NCBI GenBank assembly: GCA_045658685.1
Contig: JAZOVL010000270.1
Location: 1-36,431 of the forward strand
DNA: 36,431 nt
Direction: 5' to 3'
Source of the DNA: Pilosibacter sp.
GTDB lineage: Bacteria; Bacillota; Clostridia; Lachnospirales; Lachnospiraceae
Shown: positions 18,168-28,500 of the stretch, one piece after another
How positions within the stretch are numbered: the first letter of the stretch is position 1
Layout of the letters: every line of letters starts with the position of its first letter
Position numbers and translations under genes: made by a program
The notes under the pieces: model-generated
Told to the model about the DNA's origin: nothing
Seen by the model: the letters and a program-made list of their open reading frames with translations, nothing else
Databases searched by the model: none

Positions 18168-19199
18168 ATGAAGAAAAACAAAATATGGAAAGTACTGGCG
18201 GCGGCAGCAGGTTCATTCGCTGTATTTGTCAGTAGTCAAATGGTTATGAGGTCATTTGCAAACATGGATGTTCCGGAAACAGGATACGAGGTAGAAGGTC
18301 CGGAACAATGCAGGAGGCTGTTGATGGAAATTGTATCCGGAGTAAAAGCTGGAGAAAGGCAGGAATATTTGATTACCGGAAAGGACTATGAGCCAGAATC
18401 TCTGGTCATTGCCCAGATGTTTCCGGATGCTGTTAATATTTCCAATACAAAAATTATGGAATATCAAGAAGGCGGACATCGATATGTGACGTGCAGAATT
18501 GGATTTGAACGAACCCCGGAAGGAGAGGAAGGAGAAAGAAATGAGATTGAAGGGGGAGTAATCGGACGACACTGGAAGATTGGAGAACTTAGAAGCTGGA
18601 AAATCGGAGGCAGAAGTTATTTATTCCGGTGTATTGATGATAATTACAGCAGCAATTCTGACGATCAAGTATTCGCCCTATTCTTGTGCGAGACTGTCAT
18701 ACGTTCTGATATAGACAGTACAGATTCCAAAAGAGAAATCCTGACCTTTGGCGGGACAAACAATTATAAGACTTCGGAAGTACGAAAATGGCTTCAGGAA
18801 AATGTGAGTGATCCGGGAGACTACCTGATTTCTGTAAATACCGGGGTAAATTCTGCTTATTTGGGAGCAACAATTCCGGGAACATTCGATGAATTTTCCA
18901 CATCCGGGTTATTGCGTCATGAGCTTTATTGTCAAATGGCGGAGGATGAGGTGTTTTTATTGTCCCTGGAAGAAGCGATTCAATATAAAGAGGTTTTGTG
19001 GGAAACAGATGGGGGAGGTACACCCTACAGCCATGGATATTGGTTGAGAACACCGTCTTATTCCATCGGTGAAGATGGAACATTTTGTTATGGAACCTGG
19101 GCGTACGCGGTAGATCTGGAAAAAGGCTGTATCCGTCCGGCAGAAGTAAATGACGGAAGTATCGGTATTCGTCCTGCATTTTGTCTTCCTCAGGCATAA
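18168..19199 (+). CDS. Secreted protein with a C-terminal DUF6273-like domain
   Basis: Signal peptide MKKNKIWKVLAAAAG. FGGTNNYKTSEVRKWL, VFLLSLEE, YWLRTP...GIRPAF. Start ATG 18168 after GGGAGG. Confidence 0.72.
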   Translation: MKKNKIWKVLAAAAGSFAVFVSSQMVMRSFANMDVPETGYEVEGPEQCRRLLMEIVSGVKAGERQEYLITGKDYEPESLVIAQMFPDAVNISNTKIMEYQEGGHRYVTCRIGFERTPEGEEGERNEIEGGVIGRHWKIGELRSWKIGGRSYLFRCIDDNYSSNSDDQVFALFLCETVIRSDIDSTDSKREILTFGGTNNYKTSEVRKWLQENVSDPGDYLISVNTGVNSAYLGATIPGTFDEFSTSGLLRHELYCQMAEDEVFLLSLEEAIQYKEVLWETDGGGTPYSHGYWLRTPSYSIGEDGTFCYGTWAYAVDLEKGCIRPAEVNDGSIGIRPAFCLPQA

Positions 19200-19223
19200 C
19201 AGAAAATACAGAGAGGAGAATGA

Positions 19224-22200
19224 ATGATGAAAGAAAATTGTATGAAGTATAAAAAAATGTGTGTAAGAGCGGCAGCAGTCGGACTCTGTACTTGTGTAGC
19301 AGTGATGTCTCCATATCAGAGTATGGCAGGAATGTTGCATGAACGCTCAGTGCCGACGGTAAATTCCGGAAGTAATGCAAATCTGGCTACAGATGCAAAG
19401 GCTGGAAAGTTATTTGCTATTCGCTCTGTGGGAACCGGGGATTTGTGGGAGCATTGGGTCGGAGATCTAAGTTTCTTAAGTGGGAAAAAAGGCGATGGTA
19501 CGGAAGAGAGACCATTTCAGATTTCTACAAAAGAACATTTGATGGGACTTTCCGAACTTGTGGCAAAAGGAATGGTAATTGAAGATGGAGAGGGTACATA
19601 TCCGGGAGATTATACGGGATGTTATTTTCGCCTGACCAGAAACATTGATCTTGGCGGTATGGAATGGATGCCCATTGGTTTTTATCAGAACGAAACAGAT
19701 TTTTTGACGGGAGAAGTGCACCCGTTTACGGGACATTTTGATGGAAATGGAAAGACGGTATCGAACTTTGTGATTTATCAGCCTGAATGGAAAGATGCAG
19801 GTTTATTTGGTGTATTGGAGGATGCGGAGATTACAAATCTGAAAGTAAAGCCAGGCTATGTGATTCAGGCAAAAGAGAATGCAGGTATTCTGGGAGGCAG
19901 TGCGGTTCATAGCGTGATCAGGGATGTGACTGTAATGGGAACCGTGCGTGCAGAAGGTACGGCAGGAGGTCTTTTTGGTGAGATCATGGAAGAAAGTGTA
20001 ATCGAAAATTGTGAGGCAGATCACGTGGCAGTGGACAGCGGAAAAAGGAGAGAGGTGTATACCGGAGGAATTGCAGGTAAAGCGGCGGAGTCTTTAATCG
20101 TAGACTGTGTGGTAAATACCGGAGACAGTGTAACAGCCAGAATCCAGGGCGATGGCTATGTTGGCGGAGTTGTGGGATTTCAAAACGGAACGGATATTTT
20201 TAATGTGCATGTAATGGGTACCATTGGAGGCAACGGATCTCAGGCAATTGGCGGTGTGACCGGAAAGTATGCATCCGGAAAGATGAAGGTGGCACGATTT
20301 GAAGGTGTGATTGCGGACTCTGGAATGGGAAGTCTGGCCAGAGAAGGCACATTTTTGGGCACGCATGATACCGCCTTTCACTTCCGCTATGGCATAGAAT
20401 CTGGTTCCGATCTGGCATATTTATTTGCAGATACGGAAGGGAAAATTGCTGCCGGAATATGTGGTTCCGGAATTCCGGATGACAATAGCTTCGGGTACGA
20501 TGCCCATATTGGATACTGGCACAGCAAAGACAATTTCTTTACGCTGGTTCAGGGACAGAATACAAGAGCAGAAACAGAACACTACTTCTACGAAGAACTG
20601 GAAAAAGGTATTTTACATCTGATCGATATCGAGGACTATGCAAGAAACCAGGAGTATACGCCGGATCATTTTGCACCAAATGCAGCAGGTCGCCCGACCA
20701 GAGGCTATCTGGTATCCGTATTGCAGATTGATACTGCAGCTAATGTGGAAAATTATTATGATATTGCTACACTGACAGCCAGAGGAGAGTCGGCTTATAG
20801 TAAGGAGCTGGATAAAGATACGAGGGGAGCTGTGGCTGCTGGTGATGTTGTTACAGTTGTAACTGCACCTAAAAATACGACAGAAGAGAAATATCAGATG
20901 GATGGTGCACCGACATATACGGATAAAAGCGGAAATCGTGTGGCTATGGCTTATCAGACTGGAGGCAGTTACTCCTTTGAAATGCCTGCCCACGATACGG
21001 AAGTTTCTGCAGAATATAAAAAAGTGGCAGCAGATGTTCGTATTGAACCAGAGGAATTTTCATTCCGTGTGGTGCAGGAACGAACCGGAGACCGTAAAAA
21101 TCCATCGATTGTGACTGAGGTTAAGGATCAAGCAGGAAAGTTGATTGCAAGATATATCAATGGCGAATTGGAAGAGGGGACCAAGGTACAGGAAGTGACT
21201 CTGGAGGCAATCGTAGATAAAAATAATGATGTGGCGGACAGTCGTGTTGCCTGGAGTGTTGATGATTCAGACCTTTTGTCGTTAAAGAAAAACACAGATG
21301 AGGATTCTGAAGGTTATACAGCGATGAGTGCGTCGGTGGAGTTAAATCTGCAGGCAGATTTCTTTCAAAACATTATTGAAAATGTGGAAAATGCGCAGAG
21401 AGCCAGTGGGTATCGATATGCAATTCCGGATACGGTGTACGGAAACGGAACACAAGGAGGACTGGCAGTTCTTACTGCAAAAACCCGTCCAGCTTCCAGC
21501 TTTGAAGGAAAGCCAGTGGAAGCAAACTGCAAGATTCCTGTAACATTTCAGATTAAGGATCGAACGACAATCACGGTGGAGGATATTTCTTTCAATAGAC
21601 AAGAAGTGGAATTTACTGTCACACGAACACTGAGTGGAAACAGACGGAGTCCGAAAGAAGAACTTTTGGTCAGTGCGCCAGAGAGCCTGACTGTATTGTT
21701 ACAACCGGAATATTTCGACCTGAAATCGGTGGAGTGGAATGTCAGTGATCCTTATATCATTAGTCTGGATTGTAATAATTATAACGGAGAATCAGAGAAG
21801 GATGACTATAAGACGGCTGTAGTTCGAGCTATCACCGATACCAAGTGGATTAAGGACCTGATGGCGGTGGATGATGAAATCTACAAGGCAGATGTGAAAA
21901 CGCAGAGGAATAAAAGCGGAGAAAAGACAGCACAGATTATGATGACCGCGACGGATATGCTTGGAAATCGAGAAACTGCTGTCTGCTACGTAACGGTCAA
22001 ATTTATTACTGAGGATAAAACGACACTCTTTGGTTATGGCAGCTCTGGTTCAAGTTCCGGTTCTGGAGGAGGATCTGGATCTGGTGGTTCGTTGACAGTA
22101 GGAACGGTAGCGGAACAGGCGTCAACAACAGTTGGAGCCTGGGTACAGACTGCAGAAAAGAAGTGGAGCTATTATAGAGATGGTCAGAAATGTGTAGACC

Positions 22201-22508
22201 AGTGGGCATATATTTATAATCCGTATGCTGCAGAGATGAAACATCAAGAGGAATGGTTCCGATTTGATGCGGATGGTGTGATGTGTACCGGCTGGTATCA
22301 GGAACAAGATGGAGGCTGGTACTATCTTCATAAAGAGCAAGATGGAAGACAGGGACATATGTATACCGGTTGGCATGCAATTGATGGCAAATGGTATTAT
22401 TTTGGTTCTGACGGCCGAATGTATTATAGTACGAAAACACCGGACGGATATACCGTTGACGCATCGGGTGCGTGGGTTGTCGACGGTGTGATTCAGAACG
22501 TGGATTAA
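19224..22508 (+). CDS. Large secreted protein with GLUG-type beta-helix repeats, Ig-like domains and C-terminal cell-wall-binding (choline-binding type) repeats
   Basis: GDGTEERPFQIST, FTGHFDGNGKTV, AGLFG and repeated GGIAG/VGGVVG. Gly-Ser linker, then MCTGWY, MYTGWHAIDGKWYYF, TPDGYTVDASGAW. Confidence 0.8.
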   Translation: MMKENCMKYKKMCVRAAAVGLCTCVAVMSPYQSMAGMLHERSVPTVNSGSNANLATDAKAGKLFAIRSVGTGDLWEHWVGDLSFLSGKKGDGTEERPFQISTKEHLMGLSELVAKGMVIEDGEGTYPGDYTGCYFRLTRNIDLGGMEWMPIGFYQNETDFLTGEVHPFTGHFDGNGKTVSNFVIYQPEWKDAGLFGVLEDAEITNLKVKPGYVIQAKENAGILGGSAVHSVIRDVTVMGTVRAEGTAGGLFGEIMEESVIENCEADHVAVDSGKRREVYTGGIAGKAAESLIVDCVVNTGDSVTARIQGDGYVGGVVGFQNGTDIFNVHVMGTIGGNGSQAIGGVTGKYASGKMKVARFEGVIADSGMGSLAREGTFLGTHDTAFHFRYGIESGSDLAYLFADTEGKIAAGICGSGIPDDNSFGYDAHIGYWHSKDNFFTLVQGQNTRAETEHYFYEELEKGILHLIDIEDYARNQEYTPDHFAPNAAGRPTRGYLVSVLQIDTAANVENYYDIATLTARGESAYSKELDKDTRGAVAAGDVVTVVTAPKNTTEEKYQMDGAPTYTDKSGNRVAMAYQTGGSYSFEMPAHDTEVSAEYKKVAADVRIEPEEFSFRVVQERTGDRKNPSIVTEVKDQAGKLIARYINGELEEGTKVQEVTLEAIVDKNNDVADSRVAWSVDDSDLLSLKKNTDEDSEGYTAMSASVELNLQADFFQNIIENVENAQRASGYRYAIPDTVYGNGTQGGLAVLTAKTRPASSFEGKPVEANCKIPVTFQIKDRTTITVEDISFNRQEVEFTVTRTLSGNRRSPKEELLVSAPESLTVLLQPEYFDLKSVEWNVSDPYIISLDCNNYNGESEKDDYKTAVVRAITDTKWIKDLMAVDDEIYKADVKTQRNKSGEKTAQIMMTATDMLGNRETAVCYVTVKFITEDKTTLFGYGSSGSSSGSGGGSGSGGSLTVGTVAEQASTTVGAWVQTAEKKWSYYRDGQKCVDQWAYIYNPYAAEMKHQEEWFRFDADGVMCTGWYQEQDGGWYYLHKEQDGRQGHMYTGWHAIDGKWYYFGSDGRMYYSTKTPDGYTVDASGAWVVDGVIQNVD

Positions 22509-22540
22509 GAAACATGGAAAATGTGGAAAGGAAAATATGT

Positions 22541-25500
22541 ATGGAAAGGTTGGGTAGATGGCTTAGAGCAGGAAAGAGAAAACTGGCAGGGCTTATGGCA
22601 ATGGTACTGGTGATTTCGACAATCGGAATCCCGGTCCCGGCCATGGGATCAGACGTGTGGCCTCAAAAATCCACAGCACCATATTATTGTCTGGATGGAG
22701 GTAAGGGTTGGAAAGCTTCGGATCGATATGAGATTTATTTATACAATACCTTACCGTCTCCGCTGACAGAATTACAGGCAAAACGATTGTTTTGGGCGTA
22801 TCCGTCGAACTGGAATGCTTTGAAAGAGGCAGCAGTCAAATATGATCCCGGATTGTATCAGGAAATTGCTTCCACTGTGTCGAATCCTAATATTGTCAAA
22901 CGAGTGAAAGATGATGCAGGAACAAAATTTGCCTGGGTGGCGGATCATCCAGAGATAGAAGAGAGAGCAATTGCAGCTTTGGAGCAGGTGGCTGCGGAAA
23001 ATTCAGTGACCGGAAAAGAGGTTCCCGAACTGATTCGAGATGCGACCTCAGAAGAAACCGCAGCTTCCTTCTTTGTGCCGGCACTTTGCGAAGGTCCGGG
23101 TGCGTTGAATACGGAATTGAAACTGAGCAGTGAATTTATTCGTGACATTGCAAAAATCGAGGCACAAAGTGTATGGGATAATGGTTCTACAGGAGGAAAT
23201 GTAGGATGGCTGGATGCATCTCAGGATAAAAATATTGCAAAAGCAGTATTAGGTGAGGAATTGTATGAGATTACCTGGAGTGGAGATTCCATTAAAATTC
23301 ATAACAATGGTTCAGCAGTGGCGAATGAGAATGTGGCAGGCGGAAATCTGACAGAAGAGCAGATGTATAATAAAACAACTGTGCGTTACAAAATAACCAT
23401 GCGTGAGAATTCCGGTTGGTATACAGATGGATCCTGGAATCAGAATTATCTGACGGAGTGGATGGATTTTAAAGCTTGTATCAATGCACCGGGTCATCAG
23501 CGACTGTATAAGGCAGATATTCGGATCGTACCATCGGACATGGTCTTTTATCTGGTGGTCAGCCAGGGTCCTCTTGGCGATATAGAGCCAAGACCGGAAT
23601 ATGGAGGAGAGTCTGCAGATGTAGATTTTCAGATATATCGGCATGAGGAGAAGTTTGAATCGAACTATAACGTAAAGCTTCAGAAACTTGATGATGAAAC
23701 AGGAAAACCATTAAAGGGAAGTCAGTTTTATTTATATGAGAGATTTGAAGATGCCGGGAAACTGGGAAATGATGAAAGCAATGGTGGTTTAATATCGGAG
23801 AATCTGAGCTTTGCGCCGTGGCAGGAATTTCAGATTTTTGCGGAGGGAACAACCGATAAAAACGGAGAAATTGCTTACACAGATACAAGAAACTATACAT
23901 ATTCAAAAACATATTGCGATGGACATGGAATGCCAGAATGGGCGGAAGTTCCGGAGCAGGAGGAGGGGATAGATGGCGATGATAAAACCAATGAAGGGAT
24001 TGGTAGAGAAGAAGCAAGAGATCAAAACAGGAAGGCGGCCAAGCAGTGGCTGGCTGTGTTTGAAAGTTGTGAAGAAGCGGAAGAAAAACAAGGAGGAACA
24101 CATTTCCATTGGGAAATAGACGAAGACTCTTATGATGCAATCATGGAAATTGCGGAAAATGGAGAAGTCGGAGATGTAGAAGGAAGAATTGGTGCAAGTG
24201 CAGAAACTGCTTTTGAAAAATCTGGTTGTAAAGAAGATTGTGAACAGACATATGAGGCATTTATAAATCTGCGATTTACTTATACATGGAAAGAAATTCA
24301 GGCAAGAAATGGTTACATTCTTCATGGTGTACATACGGATGATATTCCGGTGCATTTTGTGACAACCGTATCTTCTGAGGCAGGTGCAAGAGCTTATGTG
24401 AGTAAAGGCAGCAGTGACTTAATACAAGAAAATATTTGGTATGCAGGCAATCATGAAATGGCGAGGGCAGCACGAAAAAGCCAGGAGAACGTGAGTTCAG
24501 AAAGCAAAAAATCGGAGCGCATGGCTGTGCTGTGGAAAGAGGCAACTAATTCTGATGCCGGACAGAATGAGGCGGACATAATGTCAGTTTCCGTTTTTGA
24601 TGGAATTCTAAGGAATGTAAGGTCAACGACAGCGATGGATTCCAATGTAATATATTCCGATTCCGATTCCAATGCGATTGCATCACCATCGGATTCTGAG
24701 AAGGCTGAATCTGTAACTTCTATCCCAAAACCTACAATCTGGGAACGGTTTACAGGACTCTTTTTTAAGGAAAAATCAGTAGAGCCGGAAGACGACTCTT
24801 GGGATGAAATGGAAGCAGAAGGAGATTTTGAGTCCTATTTGGAATCTGCCGAAAAAGATGGAATCCGCCATTTAGATCTGGGGAAACGTGATCTTCTATC
24901 TTATGCTGATGAAAAAGAAGCAGACCGTAAATTCTGGGTGGTAAGAGATCACAGAACCGAAGGTGAAATTCATATCAATAAGCGAGATATGGATTTATAC
25001 AAAGGTGAGTCAGAAGAATATTCTTCTTATGGTGATACAGAAGGTGACGGAACTTTAGAAGGTGCACGATATGGTCTTTTCGCAGCAGAGGATATTATTC
25101 ATCCAGATTCTGATATATTAGCTGATGGTACAGTGACCAATACAGGAGTTGTTTATAAAAAGAATGATTTGGTAGCCATTGCTACAACAGATGAGAATGG
25201 AAATGCAGATTTTTATTTCTATACGGTCGCACCGGGAAAGACGTTTAACTATGAAAATGGACAGATTGTAAAGCGTACAGATCTGGAATGGTCTGGCCCT
25301 GAAAACCGTTATTTTGAAAATATGGAAAAGAACGGAAACTGGTGGATTGGACGACCTCTGATTCTAGGAAGCTATTATGTTAAGGAATTGTCCAGAAGTG
25401 AAGGATACGAGTTATCAGTAAACGGAAGTTCCAAGGCATGGACGAACCACGGAAGCAGCCTGGAAACACCAGAAACAATCCTGGCATCGAAGGGAACGGT

Positions 25501-28500
25501 AATTGTTTCTTTACCTGAACTAGTGGCTGCGATGGAAGGAGAAAATGAGACAGGTAATGGTTATGATCAACTTACATTTACTGTGACATCAACCGGAATA
25601 TCTGACGAAATTGCAGGAATTGATGGATATAACCTGAATTTTTCCGGTTTTCCTGAGAATACGGAGTTTTATCGTGTAGACTCCGGAGAGATGGAAGTGA
25701 CAGGGCCACATGTGACTGGAACGGAAAAAATCGTTATGAAGGATTCGCATGGAAACATCGTATGGAAAACAGCAGACAGCAATTCCAGTCATGTGAAGTA
25801 TGAACCGGAATATGACGCAGAAGGAACATTAATTGGGCAGATACCAATGAGTCGATTGGAAGCACAGGTTCAGATGCTTGAACAGATACCACAGGCAGTG
25901 AATATGACGTTAAAAAATATTGAGATAGATATGGAAGAGACTCTGTGGAATCTATCCCTATTGGAGAGCAGTATTGGCAGTGAAGAATCCGAAGAATTTT
26001 GTTTTATGAAATCAGAACTGGAATCACTATTAAGTCAAAATGGTTATGATGTTCCGGTAACAGCAGCAGGAATTCGATCTAAAAAAGATTCGCCGGTCTT
26101 CAGTGTCGGTGTCACAGAGGGCCAATCAGACATTTATGGTTTGACAACGGATGCAGGTCAACCGGCTGTGAAAACTGTTTACGGATCGGCTTTGCAGGAA
26201 GTTGTTATTAAGGATATCAATGAGAATACCACGATCAGTCAGTTGTTCGGCACGATTTTAACATGGTATCAGGAGCATCCGCATTGGAATTTTGGAGGAC
26301 TCCATGAAATAAAAGTGGAGGATCAGCAAGTTGTTGTAACTTTATATACTGGTGTATCCAATATTGCAAGTCGAAGCTTTTTCGTAATGAAAGAGGAAAA
26401 TGGACAAAGCAAACCGGGAGCAATATATACTGTTTTAGAGAATCCGAAAACATTGCGATGGGAATATCAGGAATACCAAGACTCTGGCGATTTTCGATAT
26501 CAGGTAAACAAGCAATATTATCTTAGAACCGGTATGAATAAGCGTTACTATCTGGATGCAACGTTGGCTCCTGCTGTCATGATTGATCAAGACGGAATGA
26601 GAAAATCAATTGAACATCAGGTTATGGTATACCATGAAAAAGGAGATGAAATTGTCGATTATCTGAGCGGTGATGCTGAACATGGATATCGAGTGCCATT
26701 AACAGAACTTGTAGACAAAATCGAGGTTACTACAGAAACAGAGTTTGTGGAGCAAGATGTGCGTTTGGAGGAGGTCCTCTATGATCCTAAAACGGGAATA
26801 CATACTATTTTTGTACAGACAACCGGAGAGGATTTTTTTGGAGAAACTTTTTCTGATACAGAACAAAGCTTGAAGTTAACATTTATGGCTAAATTACCAA
26901 AAAATAAGAGTGTGTTGAAAGCATCTGATTTAAGTTACATAGGAAATGCAAATGTATATGGATATCAGACAGGAATGGAAATTGGTTATGCAGAGTATCT
27001 GATGCGATTTACAGATGCAGCAATTCATGTAAGTTTCGGAGAGGGTAAATCTGCAGGAGACACCTATATTGTACAAAAAAGTCTTATTTACAGAGGTCAG
27101 GAAAAAGTAAAAGAAGATGGGAATACTGAAAAAAATCCTGTTCTGGTGTTGGAGCGTCCGATTAAACAGAAGATAAAGATTAAAAAGAAAATTATAAATG
27201 AAGAGCCAATCGGAAATTTCCGATTCAAGATTTATCTGAAATCAAATCTGGAGCGCCTCTATCGAGACGAAGAAGGCTCTGTTTTTTGGCTGAATAACTT
27301 TGGAGAGTCGGTCGATGTAATGGAATACAAAAGCGCATTTCCAGAGCTGGTACAGAACTTTTATACAAAAGAATCGGAGATTCCACTTCTGGAAAAAATC
27401 AAACGAACCATTATCTCACCAGATGGAAGTAAGACAAAAATAGACACCTATAATTACGAGAAGTTTTTTGATGCAATTGCTGTTGCAAATAAAGACAAGT
27501 GGGATAATAAAGGATTTGTCTGGAATACGTCTTGGAAACCGTTTGTCCAAGGATTGTTTTCCGGTGTTGAGAATGAGATTAATACATCAGCGGAAGCGAA
27601 AGAAAATGCAAAGCGTTCCGATGCAGTCAGACAGTTTGCCGTGGACTGGTATTTAGATGATGAAGTAGAACAGTTGACAGTTCAGGGAGAAATTGAAAAG
27701 CAGCGCTATGCGAAAGAAGGAACAATCAGATATTCAGACGAGATTTATGATAAAGCATTGCATCAGGCAATTCTGAAAGCAGAGAATTATTTGAAACCGT
27801 TTTTTCAATATGACCTGGATTATATTTATGGGATTCAATGGGATAGTGAAGAAGGAGGTGGAATTGACCAAGATCTATCGACATTGTCAGCGGATCAAAT
27901 CTTGTTGAGTGAAAATAAAGCATATGGAATTTCAGAATATCTTCCGTATGGTGATTATGTGATTGTGGAACAGCAGCCACATCATGCAGAGTGGAATGAT
28001 TTTGCAAATCGTCATTTTGAAATTGATACACCAAAAGAACTTTCATTACCTCAGTATTTTGATAATACTGGAAACTTGGAAGAATCCTCAAAAGTTCCGT
28101 GGAGTATTACAGAACCTGGGACCAAGGAGGAGATGACTGGATATGCAGAACAAAGCGTACAAAATAAACGATATTTAGCGAAGATCAGAGTTGAGAAATT
28201 GGATGCGGAAACTGGAGAATCTATTTTGCATGACGGAGCAGTTTTTGCTTTGTATCAGGCAGAAAGAGATGAAACGGTTAATGGAGATGGTTCTGTAAAG
28301 CGATATAAAACGGATACGATTATTTCCGGAAGTAAGCCATTTTTAGAGGCCATGGGAGCAAAAAATATTACATCTTTTGCACGAATCGGCCAGGAGTTTC
28401 CATTAGGCGTTGGAACGAAGTATACAGGAACAGTATCAAAAGGAACACCGATTTGTTATGAGGAAAATGTTGTAATCTTCCGTGATCATCAGGGGGTTCG

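Noticed and set aside
18900-19199. DUF6273-like C-terminus (WLRTP...GIRPAF) resembles C-type lectin-fold targets of diversity-generating retroelements
   Set aside because: No reverse transcriptase and no second copy that could be a template repeat were seen in the window. A remote DGR cannot be excluded.
22038-22090. Low-complexity GGTTCT/GGATCT-like repeats
   Set aside because: They encode a Gly-Ser linker, not a DNA-level repeat or CRISPR array.
22472-22540. ORF-track start of the giant protein
   Set aside because: It overlaps the upstream gene and has no RBS. ATG 22541 has an RBS and gives a normal signal peptide.
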